Program-made: the position numbers and the translations under genes
Shown here: in pieces, positions 25,508 to 39,591 of the stretch
Position numbering within the stretch: position 1 is the stretch's first letter
Layout of the letters: each line of letters starts with the position of its first letter
From: Cenococcum geophilum
Lineage: Eukaryota
Length of the DNA stretch: 64,000 nucleotides
Direction of reading: 5' to 3'
NCBI GenBank assembly: GCA_050273025.1
Contig: CP158635.1
Span: 496,001-560,000, forward strand
Notes under the pieces: model-generated
What the model saw: the letters and a program-made list of their open reading frames with translations, nothing else
Told to the model about the DNA's origin: nothing
Database searches by the model: none

Positions 25508-26750
25508 TATAAAGCTCTACACGAAGCTCTATACAAAGCTCTGCACGAAGCTCTGCACAAAGCTCTACACGAAGCTCTGCACGAAGCTCTGCACGAGGCT
25601 CTGCACAAAGCTCTACACGAAGCTCTGCACGAAGCTCTGCACGAAGCTCTATACGAAGCTCTGCGTATAGAGGCTCTGTACGAGGCTCTGCACGAAGCTC
25701 TACACGAGGCTCTGCACGAAGCTCTACACGAAGCTTTGCACGAAGCTCTACACGAGGCTCTGCACGAAGCTCTACACGAAGCTTTGCACGAAGCTCTACA
25801 CGAAGCTTTGCACGAAGCTCTACACGAGGCTCTACACGAAGCTCTACACGAAGCTCTACACGAAGCTCTACACGAAGCTCTACACGAAGCTCTACACGAA
25901 GCTCTATACGAAGCTCTACACGAAGCTCTGCATAAAGCTCTACACGAAGCTCTACACGAGGCTCTGCACGAAGCTCTACACGAAGCTCTGCACGAAGCTT
26001 TGCATAAAGCTCTACACGAAGCTCTACACGAAGCTCTACACAAAGCTCTGCACGAAGCTTTGCGCGAGGCTCTACATGAAGCTCTACACGAAGCTTTGCA
26101 CAAGGCTCTGCATGAGGCTCTACACGAAGCTCTGCACGAAGCTCTGCACGGAGCTCTATACGAAGCTCTGCGTATAGAGGCTCTGTACGAGGCTCCGCAC
26201 GAAGCTCTACACGAGGCTCTGCACGAAGCTCTACACGAAGCTCTACACGAAGCTCTACACGAAGCTCTGCACGAAGCTCTACACGAAGCTCTGCACAAAG
26301 CTTTGCACGAGGCTCTACACGAGGCTCTATACGAAGCTCTGCGTACAGAGGCTCTGTACGAGGCTCTGCACGAAGCTCTACACGAGGCTCTGCACGAAGC
26401 TCTACACGAGGCTCTGCACGAAGCTCTACACGAAGCTCTGCACGAAGCTCTACACGAAGCTCTACACAAAGCTCTGCACGAAGCTTTGCGCGAGGCTCTA
26501 CACGAAGCTCTACACGAAGCTTTGCACAAGGCTCTGCATAAGGCTCTACACGAAGCTCTGCACGAAGCTCTACACAAGGCTCTACACGAAGCTCTACGTA
26601 CAGAGGCTCTGCACGAGGCTTTGCGCGAAGCTCTACATACGGAGGCTCTACACGAAGCTCTGCACGAAGCTCTACACGAAGCTCTACGTACAGAGGCTCT
26701 GCACGAGGCTTTGCGCGACATACGGAGGCTCTACACGAAGCTCTGCATCG
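25508..26750. repeat. 12-bp minisatellite (GAAGCTCTRCAC)n, ~100 units
   Basis: Tandem array; source of the ELRV, RASC and HEAL pseudo-ORFs. Confidence 0.95.
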
Positions 26751-26896
26751 GGTCCCCGCTATATTCCCGATAGCCTCTACACGTGCCTCTGCCAAGTGTA
26801 CCCCTTATCTATATACCTAGGTAGCCACCTTATTTTTTACCCTTCCTTCCTTACATCCTCCCTACCTAGGGAGGCACCAGAACGGCAGCCAGCTGA

Positions 26897-27333
26897 GGAC
26901 CGTCGCCAGAACCAGACGACCGTCGACCGTCGCCAGAACCAGACGACCGTCGACCGTCGCCAGAACCAGACGACCGTCGACCGTTGCCAGAGCCAGACGA
27001 CCACCGTTCGAATATACAGCCAGCGAACGGCCGTAGAGAACGATTCGAATTAATACGATTAATCGATCAATCAAATCAGGCGGAGCCTTCGATCGGGCCG
27101 ACCTTTCCCCCAAATTACAGACAGGTAGGCATAGACAGTAGCACAGATAGGAGGCACAGACGGTAGGCACAGACGGTAGGTATAGACAGGTAGCACAGAT
27201 AGGTAGGTACAGACAGGTAGGCACAGACAGTAGGCACAGACAGGTAGGCACAGATAGTAGGCATAGACAGTAGGCATAGGCAGGTAGGCATAGGCAGGTA
27301 CAGACAGACAGACAGACAGACAGACAGGTAGGT

Positions 27334-27364
<31 letters not shown>

Positions 27365-27370
27365 CACTAG
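26897..27370. repeat. 27-bp repeat (GACCGTCGACCGTCGCCAGAACCAGAC) followed by a CAGA/CAGG/TAGG microsatellite; related module inverted at 37910-38560
   Basis: Directly visible. Confidence 0.85.
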
Positions 27371-30300
27371 GCCTAGTTAGGAAATCGGTATACAGCCAGC
27401 AGATCGTTAGGAATACCGCCAATTGATAATTTAGAGCCTTTGTAAAGGGTATCCCCCTTATCTTAATTGCTTAATAAATAGCTCTATATTTTATATAGTT
27501 ATATAGAAATATAAAATATGCAAAATATAAAATATATAAAATGTGTAAAATGTGCAAAATATATAAAATATATAAAATATACAAAACGTGTAAAATATAC
27601 AGGCTCTGCGCGTTTGCTGCAAGTTGCTGTAAAATGCGTAGGCTCTATGCAGTTTGCTGTAAGTTGCTGCAAAATACGCAGGCTCTGTACAGTTTGCCGC
27701 AAAATGCGCAAACCGCACAAGACCATATACGACTGCCGCGACCGTACAGTTTGCCGCAAATTGCCGCAAACTGCAACAACGAGCCCGAAAAAAATTTTCC
27801 TGATGGTTAGGCTCGCGCCTATACTTATTCGCCTACTATTCTATTAATTTCTAGGCCTTTTTTAGGTTTGTATAGGCCACTTTCTAGGCTTCTTCTAAGC
27901 GCTTAGCATACTACTAGGCTTCCTTATAAGATAGTTTTTCGCGTACGGTCTAGGGCCCTTCTAGTCTTTCCCAGTTAAAGCTTATATGGGGTAGGTAACC
28001 CATTTCTAGTTAAATAGGGGCAAATCCGGTAGAGTTATAGGGTAGGGTTGCTTGGGCGTAGTTTATTATAGGCAATAGTTCAGCCTAGTTATCCTAGAAG
28101 TAGTTAATAAAAGGCCGGAGTCTCTAGTCCAAGTATTAATTTACAATCTCCGTTTAACTGTCTATCTGGGGGTAATATACCGTAGAAAGCTTTAGCTTAA
28201 TGCCTAGGATCTAAGTAAACTTATTCTAAAAGGCTAATATAAACTGCGGCCCGTAGTTAGATATAATAGTATCCGGTGGTCTATAAATCCGGTAAACATA
28301 ATAGATATATAGTTAGGCTGCCTCTTTAGCATTAATATTCTTATAATAGGGAATTAAGAACGGGCGCTTACCGAAACAGTTAACTAGGATTATAACTATA
28401 TTATATCCGTTACGGTCTAGAGGTAGCTTATAAAAGTCTATAGAGATATATTACTAGGGGCAGTTAGGTATTAGGAGGGGTTTTAATAGTCCTAGGGTCT
28501 TATCTCGTGGAATTATAGACCTATGGCAGTTATTGCAGTTCCGTATATAGCGGTCAATATCTATAATTATTCTGGGCCAGTAGTAGCGGTCGCCAATAAT
28601 CCTACGGGTCTTATTTTTTTTTTAGGGTAGGCCGTAGAGACCTAGGCATATACTTCGGCAATAAGCCGAGTCCGTAAGTTCTGTTCCTCTACTACTACTA
28701 GCTATTTATAGTGCTTAAGCAGTCCACTTTCAAGGGACTATAGGCTAAAAACGTTCTTTGCCTTTTCGCGGTACTTCTGTAAAGAAGGGGCCGTACAGTT
28801 TACCTGCAGTAGTTTATTAATAAGGTCCCGTTCCATGGAGTTAATAGGGCATATCTTAGTATCTAAAGAGTCTGTATTTAGTTCTGCCCGTATTTAGGAG
28901 TTAAGGTGCTTTAGTTATAGTAGTGTCTAGGTCCATAATAAGATCTTCGCAGCCGTATAGTTACCTAGGTCTTATTCACGCCTAATAAGAGTATTTATAC
29001 GGTTTATAGCGCCTAGTCTGTATATAATTAAGAAGTTAAACTAAGATAGGATATCCGCCTAGCGTGCCTGCCGGGCCGTAAAGGCCTTAGTTATTATAAA
29101 GTATTCTAGGGCCTTATAATCTAATACTACCTTAATGGGTTTAGGGGTCCCCTCTAGCTGTGTACGCTAGTGCTAAAAGCTAGAGATAATAGCCAGTATT
29201 TCTTTATTATAGATATGGTAGTTTAGTTTAGCATCTATTATAGTCTTTAAATAGTATACGACAGGGTGCTATTCTCCATCCAGTTGCTTCTAGGAAAAAA
29301 CACTGGCTATTACGCCGTTTAAGGTATTAGTTTCTAGTATTAAGGGCCGTTCTAGGTTAAAGTGGGCAAGTAGGGGGGCCGACACTAGCCGTTTTTTAAG
29401 CTTATTAAAGGCCTGCATATACATGGTGTTAAAGTAAAAGGGCTGGTCTTTCCTAGTAAGGCGGTTAAGAGGCTAGGCGATCCTACTATAGTTCTTAATA
29501 AAGCGTTGGTAGAAGTTACAGAAACCTAAAAATAATTATACTCCCTTTACGGTACGTGGGGGCGTCCACTAGTTAATTGCGGCCGTTTTCTCTAGGTCGG
29601 CTTTAATTCCGTCCGTGCTAATAATAAAACCTAGGTACTTTATACGCTTAATACTAAATTCCGACTTCTTAATATCGGCCTAGAGGCTAGCTTCGCAGAG
29701 CCGTTATAGAACTTTATAGACGTGCTCCTTGTATTCCAGTTCGTTCTCTAAGTAGATTATAATATTATCTAGATAGGCCGTATAGAAGTCATTAAGGTAG
29801 TTAAAGAATACATCGTTTATATACCGCTAGTACGTAGCTAGTCCGTTAGTTAGTCTAAAAGGAAGTACCTTATATTTATACGTTCCGTAACGGGTCTAAA
29901 ATATAGTAAGATCCTTAGACCTGGGGTTTATCCTAATTTAGTAAAAGGCCTAGCAGATATTAAGCTTTATAAAAACCTTAGCTCTACTTATTTAGGTAAG
30001 AGTCTTATTAAGTAAGGGTAGCGGGTAGCGGTCCTTGCAGGTTATATTATTTAGCTTATAGTAGTTAATGCAGAAGCGTAGTCCTCTATTTAGCTTTTTA
30101 ATAAAGAGAATAGGTAAGTTAAAAGGGGCTTAGCTAGGCTCGATAAAGCCCTTATTTAGGTTATTAATAAGGTACTACTTTATAGCCTATAATTCGGTAA
30201 TAAACTATAGGTAGAGAGGGCTAAAGCTAAGGGTGCTTCCCTTATCTTACTCAATCTCGATCTTATAGTTATATAGTCAGTAGGGTGAAAGTATATTAGA

Positions 30301-33067
30301 TACTGCCTTAGAGAATACGTCCTTAAATTTCCGGTATCAATTGGGTAGTTTTTATTCCACTAGTTCTTTATCCATAAGCCCGCTTTCCTATTCACTAAGC
30401 TTGCTTTTCTTTTCCTTAATTATTTAGTTAATTTCGTATAGGCTAGATATAAAGGCAATGGCATTAGGCTGAACCAGGTTCCGGTAAAATCCTATAGCGC
30501 CAATATAGCAGACATTAACTAGTGGGAGGTCTGTAGGTTTCTTTAGCGTCCGTTAGGCCGTAGTTTACGGTATAAGGTTTATAGTCTTCCTTAGCTTACG
30601 TTCTATTTTCCGTAAGTTATCCTTTCTATCTATTAGTTTAGTGTGGCGTCCAATGTCCCTAGCCTTCCTTTATGGCTGCATAGGGCCTAGGTTCTTTATT
30701 AGGGACTTAGCTAGGCTACTACCAACTTCCTAAGTCTCTAGTGCGGGTAGTATAATATAGGTAGTCTGGGGGCGGCGTAATATACAGATCTATTGCGGAT
30801 TAAGCTATATATCCTTCTTAAAAGCCTAGTCCCTACGCGTTATATCGGCCTAGTAAACGGTGTCTATCTACGGCCGTATAAGGTTTTCTATTATAATACT
30901 AATCTCTTTTATAAAGGAAGGCGTTAGGGGTATAGTTTTAGGCTAAATAAGCTACCTATTCCGTATATTAAGCTATAAGTCTAAATAGGCTAGCTATTTT
31001 CTCCCTAAGATTATATTATAGCTTCTAAGGTCCGTAATAAGGAAGGGGATGTTATACTACCTTTATCCGTTAACGCGGAGGTAAATCTACAAGATAGTTA
31101 TAATAGGTGGCCCTATCCGTCCGTTATAACCGCAAATAGGGATTAGTTTAGGCAGTTCTTTAAGGGGTATATTTAAAAAGTCAGCCAGTTTTATAGCGCA
31201 CTTTATATTAATTAAGGTAAAGGCATTTACTCCTAAGTTAGCTAAAGCAGAGGTTAAAACTTAATATCTATTACGAAATAAAGTATAAGGGATAGTGCAG
31301 CTTCTTCTACTAACTAGCTAACCCAGATTAATATATAACATATCGATCCCTTTTAACCCTAGAGAGGAGTCTTCCTCTAAGGTTCCTCTTTTTCCGGCTC
31401 TACACTATCCTTTTAAATTAATAGGACCTCGTTTATCTTTACCTTTGTTAGGCAGTTCCTTATAGGGTAGCCTATTTAACCGTATAAAAAGCAAGCTCCT
31501 TAATCGCTAAGGGCCTATATATAGGGGTCGCTATATATAGGCCGGGTGTATACTAGGCCTATAGTAGGGGTAGCTGCGCGGCTAACTACTAGGTTAACTA
31601 TAGGAGTTGCCAATTATACCGGGGCACTACGGGCCGTACTCGTAGTACTTACGGCCTAGTTTGCAAGGTTTCTAGTTTTTAGCTAATTAGCGCGTGCCTT
31701 AATTTAATAAAGGCCTTAGTTAATAGCTAGGCAATAGTCCGTAAGTTCCTTTAATGTCTATGCCGTAGTATAAGCTGGCAATATAGCCCGCTATAGGTCC
31801 AGGGTAAGCTTATTAAAGAGGTCTAGTAGTAGGTCTTCCTAGGGGATCTAGGCCTATCCGGCCAGGTATAAAAAGCGGGTTTAGAAGGCCGAAAAGGTCT
31901 CTGTTGTTTTTATATTTAGGCTTTTATAGCTAAGGCGGGCGTTTTATACTTTAAAAGGGTCTTTATAAATAGAAGATAAGTGTTTAATTATTTCTTTTTT
32001 AGAGATAAAGGGGTCTGCTAAGTCTTTAGTGTATTGCGGGCGTAAATGCATCTAGGCGTCTCCGCCAGTACGGCCGAAGACGTAGGCCATTCTGGCTTAG
32101 GCGCTAGGGAAGTAATCTGCATTAACTTTAAGCTTGTCCCGTAATTAAAGCTTCTAATTATTAAATATAGGGTTAGTTCCGTCTATAAGTAGTAGGGGGT
32201 CTATAACCTTTGCTAACCGCTTTAGTACTATATAGGCCTTAGTAGATCCACTAAGGCGTTAGGATAGGGCCTAAAGGACTATAGCAAGTCTTTAGTTGTC
32301 TAATAATGACTTATTATTAGATATAGGGGTATCTCTGGCTTTAAGCAGCTCTCGCAGTTGTTTAATTTTGGTATTAGTAGCCGTAAGCTCCGCCTAGGGG
32401 GTTAAAACGTTAATTATTTCTTTATCTGAAGTATTTAAGGGTCCTATAGCTACTTTACCTACTGCTATAGTTCGTGGTATAGTGATAGGGGTGTTAGGTA
32501 ATTCCGGGTAATTTCTTTAAGGGTTCTGGTCTGTGTGTATCTTATATATCCTTTCCTTAGGGTTCTATTCTTTTCTTTTAGGTCCTGTCCTTATGGTCCT
32601 AGTAATGTCCTTAGGGTCCTATTCTATGTTCTTGTAGATATATTTAAGTTCCTTCTTAGGAAGAAAGAGTAAAGTAAGCTTTAGATAATGTTAGCGACTC
32701 AGTTAATCGAGACATAAGCACGGCAAAAGGGTCGCGCAAGCCTATACGATTGGATTGTCTATAAACGAGAATCTAAAGCTAGAGAAAGGAAAGGGGAAGG
32801 AGAGCAGCGCCAGTTAAAGAAGGGTCCTTTTATGCGGTCCTCTAGTTACATAACCGCAAAGTTCTACCAAGTTCTGCCAGTGCCGTAACACCTAAATCCT
32901 TTTCTTATTCTAGTTTAGAAAGCCACTTTACTCTTAGCGTGCCTATTTTAGGCCTATTAGTTATTCTTTATATAAGTGCTCTGTCCCTAGTATAACCTAA
33001 TATACTAGTTTTCTAGTTTAGCTTCTGTTCTTACTATATAAGGATTCTCTATCTAAATTCCTCTATA

Positions 33068-35472
33068 TTCTCGCTTGCAAAAGTGTTCAGAAAAATCGGG
33101 GGCTTGGCGCCCCACGAAAAAAAAAATCGAATTCGACCAATTTGAAGCTTACCACCTACAATAAGCCACCATGCCTATATTACGCTCTGGTAAAGTGTCG
33201 CAGGGCTTAAATAAGCTTGAAACTCAAATATCCAAGCATCAGAATAGGGGCAAAACGTTAGTGCAGAAGGTAGTACAGCCTTTGGCCGATTAGATCCCCC
33301 CCAGCAGCCCACTAAATATTACCTCTTATATTACCACCAAACAGCTTCCTAATCCCGCCCCTATTGCCGAAGGCTCTACTACCTAGCTACCAATTAGAGT
33401 TATAAGCTCTAATTCTATAGATTACGACTTAGGAGAGGAAGATGCGCTTGGTATGCAGCTCCAATCAAGCCCTAAATTACCCTTGTTTGACACCCTATGT
33501 AATATTTATACGCTACCTAATTTTAATAAGGAAGACAACTAGGAGCTTCCTGCTGAGGCTAAGGACGATAAGGAAGATAAGGATAAGGTAAAAGAACTTC
33601 CTAATCTAAAAAGGAGTAGACCCAAAGTAGTATATAGGGGGGGCGATCCACCAAGGAGTTCTGGCAGATTAACTAAAAAGATACTAAAGACAGTCTCTTA
33701 ATCAAGGCCGCATAGAGCTTCCCAAATAGGAAATCAGAATAAGCATAAATCGACGTTAAAAAGGCCGTCAAATGCATTAAAATTAGCCGCTAGGAAAAGC
33801 AGGCCCCTAGAGCCTATATCTGATATTAAGGCCTTAGATAATAGTATAAGAGAGCTTATAAAGACTCCTACTAAGGCTAGCAAGCGTCGTAGGAAGGAGC
33901 TTGATTCCTCGCCAGCACTAGCCATTGCTACCTTTTTAATAAATGTTGTTGTTCTATTTAATAATAAGAAGCTGCTTATATCAAGCTTAGTAAAGAAGTT
34001 GGATAACCTGCTATTTGGCTTAATTGCGATTAATAAGCAGGAAGGAGTAGAGAAATACGCCAGATCGTAAGGCTTTAATACGCATTTTATTAAAAGGACG
34101 ATCTTAATTGAGGCTCTAGATGGCCTAGGTCTTTAAGTGATTAAGACGACGTCTAAACGGCCTTATATAACGACGCATGACGACTAGTAGGAAGCCTTAG
34201 ATATGATCGTGTATTGGTGGGAGGGCTTAGGAAGGCGTAGTACTACCATAACGGTTTAATTGGTGTACTCCCGATTGGCTATAGGACCAATTAAGGAACT
34301 AAATTAAGCCTTAGCGCAGGCTCCGGAGCCTACGCCGACGATTGCTCCTATGCCAATAATTGCTCCTGCGCCTGAATTGCCACCTACTACTGCGCCTAAA
34401 AAGATAATATACGCAGAGGCCTGTATAGAGGCACGGCTTATAAAGGAAGGAGAGGTTACTAAGTAGATAACGTATATGCTTATTGCCTAAACTATAGCCT
34501 ACTATAAGCCTGGGTGCAGGAACGTATTAAAGAGGTGTATTAATTGGGCAGGCGGCTACTAGGAGCTTAATTAATTAAAGCTTTAAGAATGGTGTAATAT
34601 AGCAGTAGCTGGTACCGCTAGCGCTAATAAAGTTCCTACAAAGGTTCTAAACGCCGTAATAGTTCGTATATTAGTTAATGCAAAGAACGGGAAGAAGAAA
34701 GGGGGGAGGAAGGAGGTAGAGTAGTAGGAACAGCCACCACCGCCGCCACAGCCGTAGTATTAACCTCAGTGGAGCCACCCGGCCTTTCCGCCACCACCTT
34801 ATATATACTACTATTAACCTCTATAGGCTCTATAGGCTCCGCAGGCTCTACAGCTAAATCAGTAGTCTTAATTTCCTATACCGCAATCTACTGCTCTTTG
34901 TAAAAGTAGCCCGATTACTAAGGACCCAGATCTCCCACCTTTTATTAATTAATATATAGATTAGCTCTTAATACGGTACCCTAAGTATGTTAAGCTTTTT
35001 AATATAGCAAAGGAAGGCTTTGTAGAAGAGGTATATACCTAGCAGGCGCTGTATATAAAGAGGAATAGAGACAACTACGAGGACACTTTAATTGGTATAG
35101 TAGAGAAAAAAGGGACTTAAGCTTTAATATATGCGCATATTAATGAGTTTAAGAAGACGCTTAATGCTTAATCTTGGTAAGGGCCCTAATAAGGTACTTA
35201 ATTTAGGAGGAAGCTAATATAGAATACTAGGTACCTGTATGGCGACAATATAGGCAGGAGCCCGCGGTGGCATAGTAAAAGCGGAAAGAAATGGCAAAAA
35301 TGGACCTGCAATACTATGTAATTGATAAATATATACTTTTTAGGCAATATTTAGGCTTACTAAAGGCTTCGTGGTGGGTCTATATAAGGTAGTCGTCAAA
35401 TTGGTCGAATTCGAATTTTTTTTAGTGGGGCGCCAAGCCCCCGATTTTTCTGAACACTTTTACAAGCGAGAA
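33068..35472 (+). mobile_element. TIR DNA element with TA TSD (Tc1/mariner-type ends) lacking a recognisable transposase
   Basis: ~75-bp near-perfect TIR TTCTCGCTTGYAAAAGTGTTCAGAAAAATCGGGGGCTTGGCGCCCCAC...; TA at 33066-67 and 35473-74; empty site CTCTATAGTTTC in the sister Gypsy at ~54408. Confidence 0.85.
33171..35171 (+). pseudogene. RIP-disrupted ~666-codon ORF of unknown function inside the TIR element
   Basis: GCCACC-ATG start (MPILRSGK...); start and final TAA are in frame, with RIP-type internal stops; Pro/Gln-rich linker and a C-terminal helical segment after SSP. Confidence 0.65.
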
Positions 35473-38400
35473 TAGTTTCTTTTATTTTTCGCCTTATAAG
35501 TAAATCCTTAAAGTTTTCTTACTTTTTAATCTTAGTATTAATTTCTTTAATAGTCCTTATTTATATATTAAAGTCTTAGTCTTATAAAACTCTTCATTTT
35601 AAGCTCGCTTCTTTCTTAAGCTTAGCTCTAGCCTTAGCCTAACTAGGCTTCTATAATACTCTTATCTTATCTTAAGAATCTTAAATCTTACTTATCTTAC
35701 TTTAAGAATCTTATACCTTTAGAAAACTTTATCCTAAGCTTATTTATATATTTCTAAACTAAGCCATTACTCTACCTTATTAGTTATTATCTATTATAGG
35801 TCCTTAAGTGTATCTTATCTCTTCTTAAAAATCTTAAGCCTTTAGCCTTTAGCCTTTATTAAGTGGTAAGTTAGTACTAGTAGTCGTCTACTTACTTAAT
35901 CCTTTTTCTTAAATATTTCTCCTTCCGTTTTATAAAGTAATAGATACTATATCTAATAGTGTTATAATTTTTATTACTAACCCCCGTTCTATAATGGTCT
36001 TAGTTTTTACTTTTAATATAACCTTCCTAAGGTTTATATACTCCTAGTAAGCTGCCTTTATTACCTTATTATTACTAAATATTTTACCTATATTAAATTT
36101 ATTGTCCTTAACACCCAATCTATAAGATAGTTTATTAGTTCCTTTAAACTCTAATAATTTTAGCTTCTATAGCTAATAGCTTACGCTATACTTAGCGTCT
36201 TTATAAATTTGGTATATGTTATTATAGCAAAACATAAAACTCTTAATTAAACATTCTTTTGTTCCTTATAGTATATTATTATCCCTCTATATATATATAT
36301 TATCTACTAGTCTCGTTTTTTTTACTATATGGTAATTCTTACCACTTCTATAGTCTCTAATAAAAATAACCTTATTTTCTATAATTTATATAAGCTCCTT
36401 CTTTAAACTATTTTTCCTACTATAGAGTCTGCCTAAACGTCTTCTACTACTAGGATTCCTAATTTAGCCTCTACTCCTTAGTCCTATAATTACTTAATCC
36501 TTAACCTCTAGGTTTCTATAGTTTCTTATTTTATTTTCTAGATTCTTTAATACCGCTTAAGTCTATTAATTCTGCACTATACTATAGTTTCTAACTTTAA
36601 CTTTATTGTTATATACTTTACGCCTTATATAACTATAGAACTCTATTTTAACCCTTCTTAATCTATTCCCTCTAGTAGATTCTATTATTAATCTTAATTA
36701 CTTAATTAATTAGATCTTATAGGGTTTTCGCATCTTCTATTAAGATAATTATATCCTAGACTTTTACTTTAAGTCCTTATTTATACTATACTATAAGCGC
36801 CTTATTATTTAATTTAACTTATATAGCTAATGTTTAAAACTACGTTATATACTTAATTACTAAGGTTTATTATATTAGGTTTTAAAGCTTTTATTCCACT
36901 ATAGTAGTTACTTTTAGGTCTCTAAATATCTACGTTAACTATTTTATAAACCCGCTCTAGCTAGTAAATATATATTATACTTCCTAATTAGTAGTTGCTA
37001 TGCTATATTCTTATACCTCTATAAGATAGTATTTAAACTACTTAAGTGCCCTCCTAATTAGAAACAATCCTATATAGGCTACTTAGTCTATAAATATTAC
37101 TAGCTTCGTTCCCTCTTATATAACTTTAAAGTATATTTATATAAGAAATCCTTTAAGCTTTAACTTCTCTCCTAAGAATTGTTTAATTAATAGTAGCTTA
37201 ACCCTAGCTACTCTAATTCTATTAATTCGTTCTTTAAGGATCCTGTTATTATCTATTAATGAATTAACTATTTTCTATAACTATCTAACCATAACTAGTT
37301 ATAAGTTAGTATTTACTATACTAGTGTTATTACCTAATCTTAAAGTAGTTGCTGCCGTTAACGGCATTATAGCTAGTGCTTTTAGTAGTATATTGTTTAA
37401 CTTTATTAATATTATAACTAGGTAGTAAATATATAATAAAGCCTTATAGGAGATACTATGGTAGACTTATTAATGGGCTAGGTATATAGGTAAATAAGAA
37501 GTTAATAACGTAATAATAACTAGTTAAGTGGTTGCCTAATAAATTAACTCTAATTATATTCTAAGATTTACTATAAAGAAGAGAACTATTTATATATATT
37601 GGTAAAATATAGTACCCTACCAATGGCCTTAAAGGCTGGTGGTTGACGTAATTGGCGCGCAGTTAAGGGCATTTAGCAACTTGACCGACTAGCCTATATC
37701 GTGTTTTTTTAATACGCAGCCTGTGCGTAGCCTATACGTAACCTACGCGCAACCTACTAGCAATCTACGTATTTAGTAACCACAATTATATTTACCTCTT
37801 TTATACTAATAGTATATTTTAAATAAATAAAAGCTACTTTAAAGCTATTTATAAGGCTAGCAAAATAAATATTATTATTTTAGATAATTTAATATAATAT
37901 AGCGATGGTTCTCTTCTACCTATCTACCTATTAACTTACCTACCTGCCTATCTACTTACCTATCTACATTGCCTACCTATCTGCATTGCCTATTGTCTAT
38001 ATCGTCTATATCTGCCTACCTGTTAGCATCTACCTACTTATTTGCATTTGCTTGCCTATCTATATCTGCTTACTAATTTGTATTTACTTACCTATTTATA
38101 TCTGCTACCTATTTGTATCTACCTACCCATTAGCATCTACCTACCTATCTATATCTGCTTGCCTATCTACATCTACTTACCTATCTGCATCTACTTACCT
38201 ATCTGCATCTACCTACCTATTAGCATCTCCCCGTTTATGCCTACCTGTCTATACTACCTTAATTTAATCAATCGATTAAATTATTTATAGTGTTCGCTAG
38301 CTAGTTGTTATCGTCTAGTTCTGGCGACGGTTGTCTAGCTTTAGCGACGGTCGTCTAGTTCTAGCGACGGTTGTCTATCTCTAGTAACAGTTGTCTAGCT

Positions 38401-39591
38401 CTGGTGACGGTTGTCTGGCTCTAGCAACAGTCGTTTAGCTCTGGCGACGGTCGTCTAGCTCTAGCGACGGTCGTCTATCTTTAGCGACAGTTGTTTAGTA
38501 ACGGCGACAGTTATCTAGTTCTAGCGATAGTTATCTAGTTCTAGCAACGGTCTTCTACTAGCTGCCGTTCTAGTGCCTCCCTAGGTAGGAAGGATGTAAG
38601 AAAGGAAAGAAGGGTAAAAAATAAGGCGGCTATATAGGTAGAGATATATATAGAGGCTATTAGGAATATAGCGGGGACCTAATGTAGAGCTTTATGTGAA
38701 GCCTTTATATATAGAGCTTCGCGTAGAGCCTTGTGCAGAGCTTTATATAGAGCCTCCGTACGCTTATCTTAGTTAACTTATCCGCTTCGCTAAGGAATTT
38801 AAGGAGGCGGCCCCTGCCCCCGTCCCACTTCACCGTGCTATAGCCCCACTCTAGTGCCATAGGCCCTCTTATATAAACTTATAAGCCAATTAGACGGTCG
38901 CTCCAACTTATAGGTACTTATTAGCTAATAGAACGCCGCGCTACCCTCTACTACCCCTACTACCCCTAAAATTTCCTCTATAAAGCGTCTAAGAGATTAT
39001 AAGTACGCGTTTAGTATAAACTGGGTCCTTTTTCTAACGCGTGTTAATTTTAAATAACTCTAGCGGCGTAAATATACCAGCTACGGTCTTAGTGCGCGAT
39101 GCATTTAAATTATAATCTCTTCTTTTATATAATTATAATAATTGTAACTAGCTAACTACCGTATTAGGGGGCGAGATACAGCCTTAAAGTTTAAGGGCGC
39201 GTTTTTAAAACTGGTTCCTCTCTACTAGTTACATTAAAATAATGGCCGTACTCTACTACTACCACTCTATTTCCTTCTAAATTTTTAAAGGTACTTCTTC
39301 TACCCTATAATAACTAGCTTGCCCAGTTAAACTATACCTATATTACCGTTATGTTGTATTCTAGTAGGCAACACAGTCGCAGTAACGCCTTTAGGGCGCT
39401 TAGCCTACGTTAGAGCACTCTAGTAATACCTTATAATATTTTAATAACTTATAGGAACTTATATAAACTTACACAAACTTATATAAACTTATTAGCTAAT
39501 TAGAGGGTAGGAAATAGTAAAGTACGGATTAAAATTAAAGAAGAAGTTAAAGAAGTTAAATACTTAGAGTCACTAGTATAAAGCTTATATT

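Larger units (their letters stand above)
25309..27805. mobile_element. Non-autonomous CACTA/EnSpm(CMC)-like element inserted in the integrase of Gypsy C
   Basis: TIR CATCAGGAAA..TTTT.GGGC.CGTTGT / ...TTTTCCTGATG; 2-bp TSD GT whose removal restores the host frame (REPDFTIGD); subterminal TTGCCGCAAA-type repeats at both ends. Confidence 0.75.
24455..32890 (-). mobile_element. Full-length RIPed chromovirus (Gypsy C): gag-protease-RT-RNaseH-integrase-chromodomain
   Basis: 202-bp LTRs 24455-24656 and 32689-32890 (TGTTAG...GTAACA); 5-bp TSD CCTAA; PPT at 24657-24670; RT YLDNIIIY ~29752-29775; chromodomain WEIKEILAY..LKYYISWKGY ~24970-25050. Confidence 0.95.

Noticed and set aside
25311..27847. 494-, 404- and 345-aa ORFs (ELRV, RASC, HEAL) and the neighbouring Cys/Tyr-rich ORFs
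   Set aside because: Minisatellite and microsatellite artefacts inside a non-autonomous TIR element.
37986..38290. Hydrophobic YLPI-repeat ORFs
   Set aside because: RIPed CTAC/CTAT microsatellite, the reverse complement of the 27120-27370 module.
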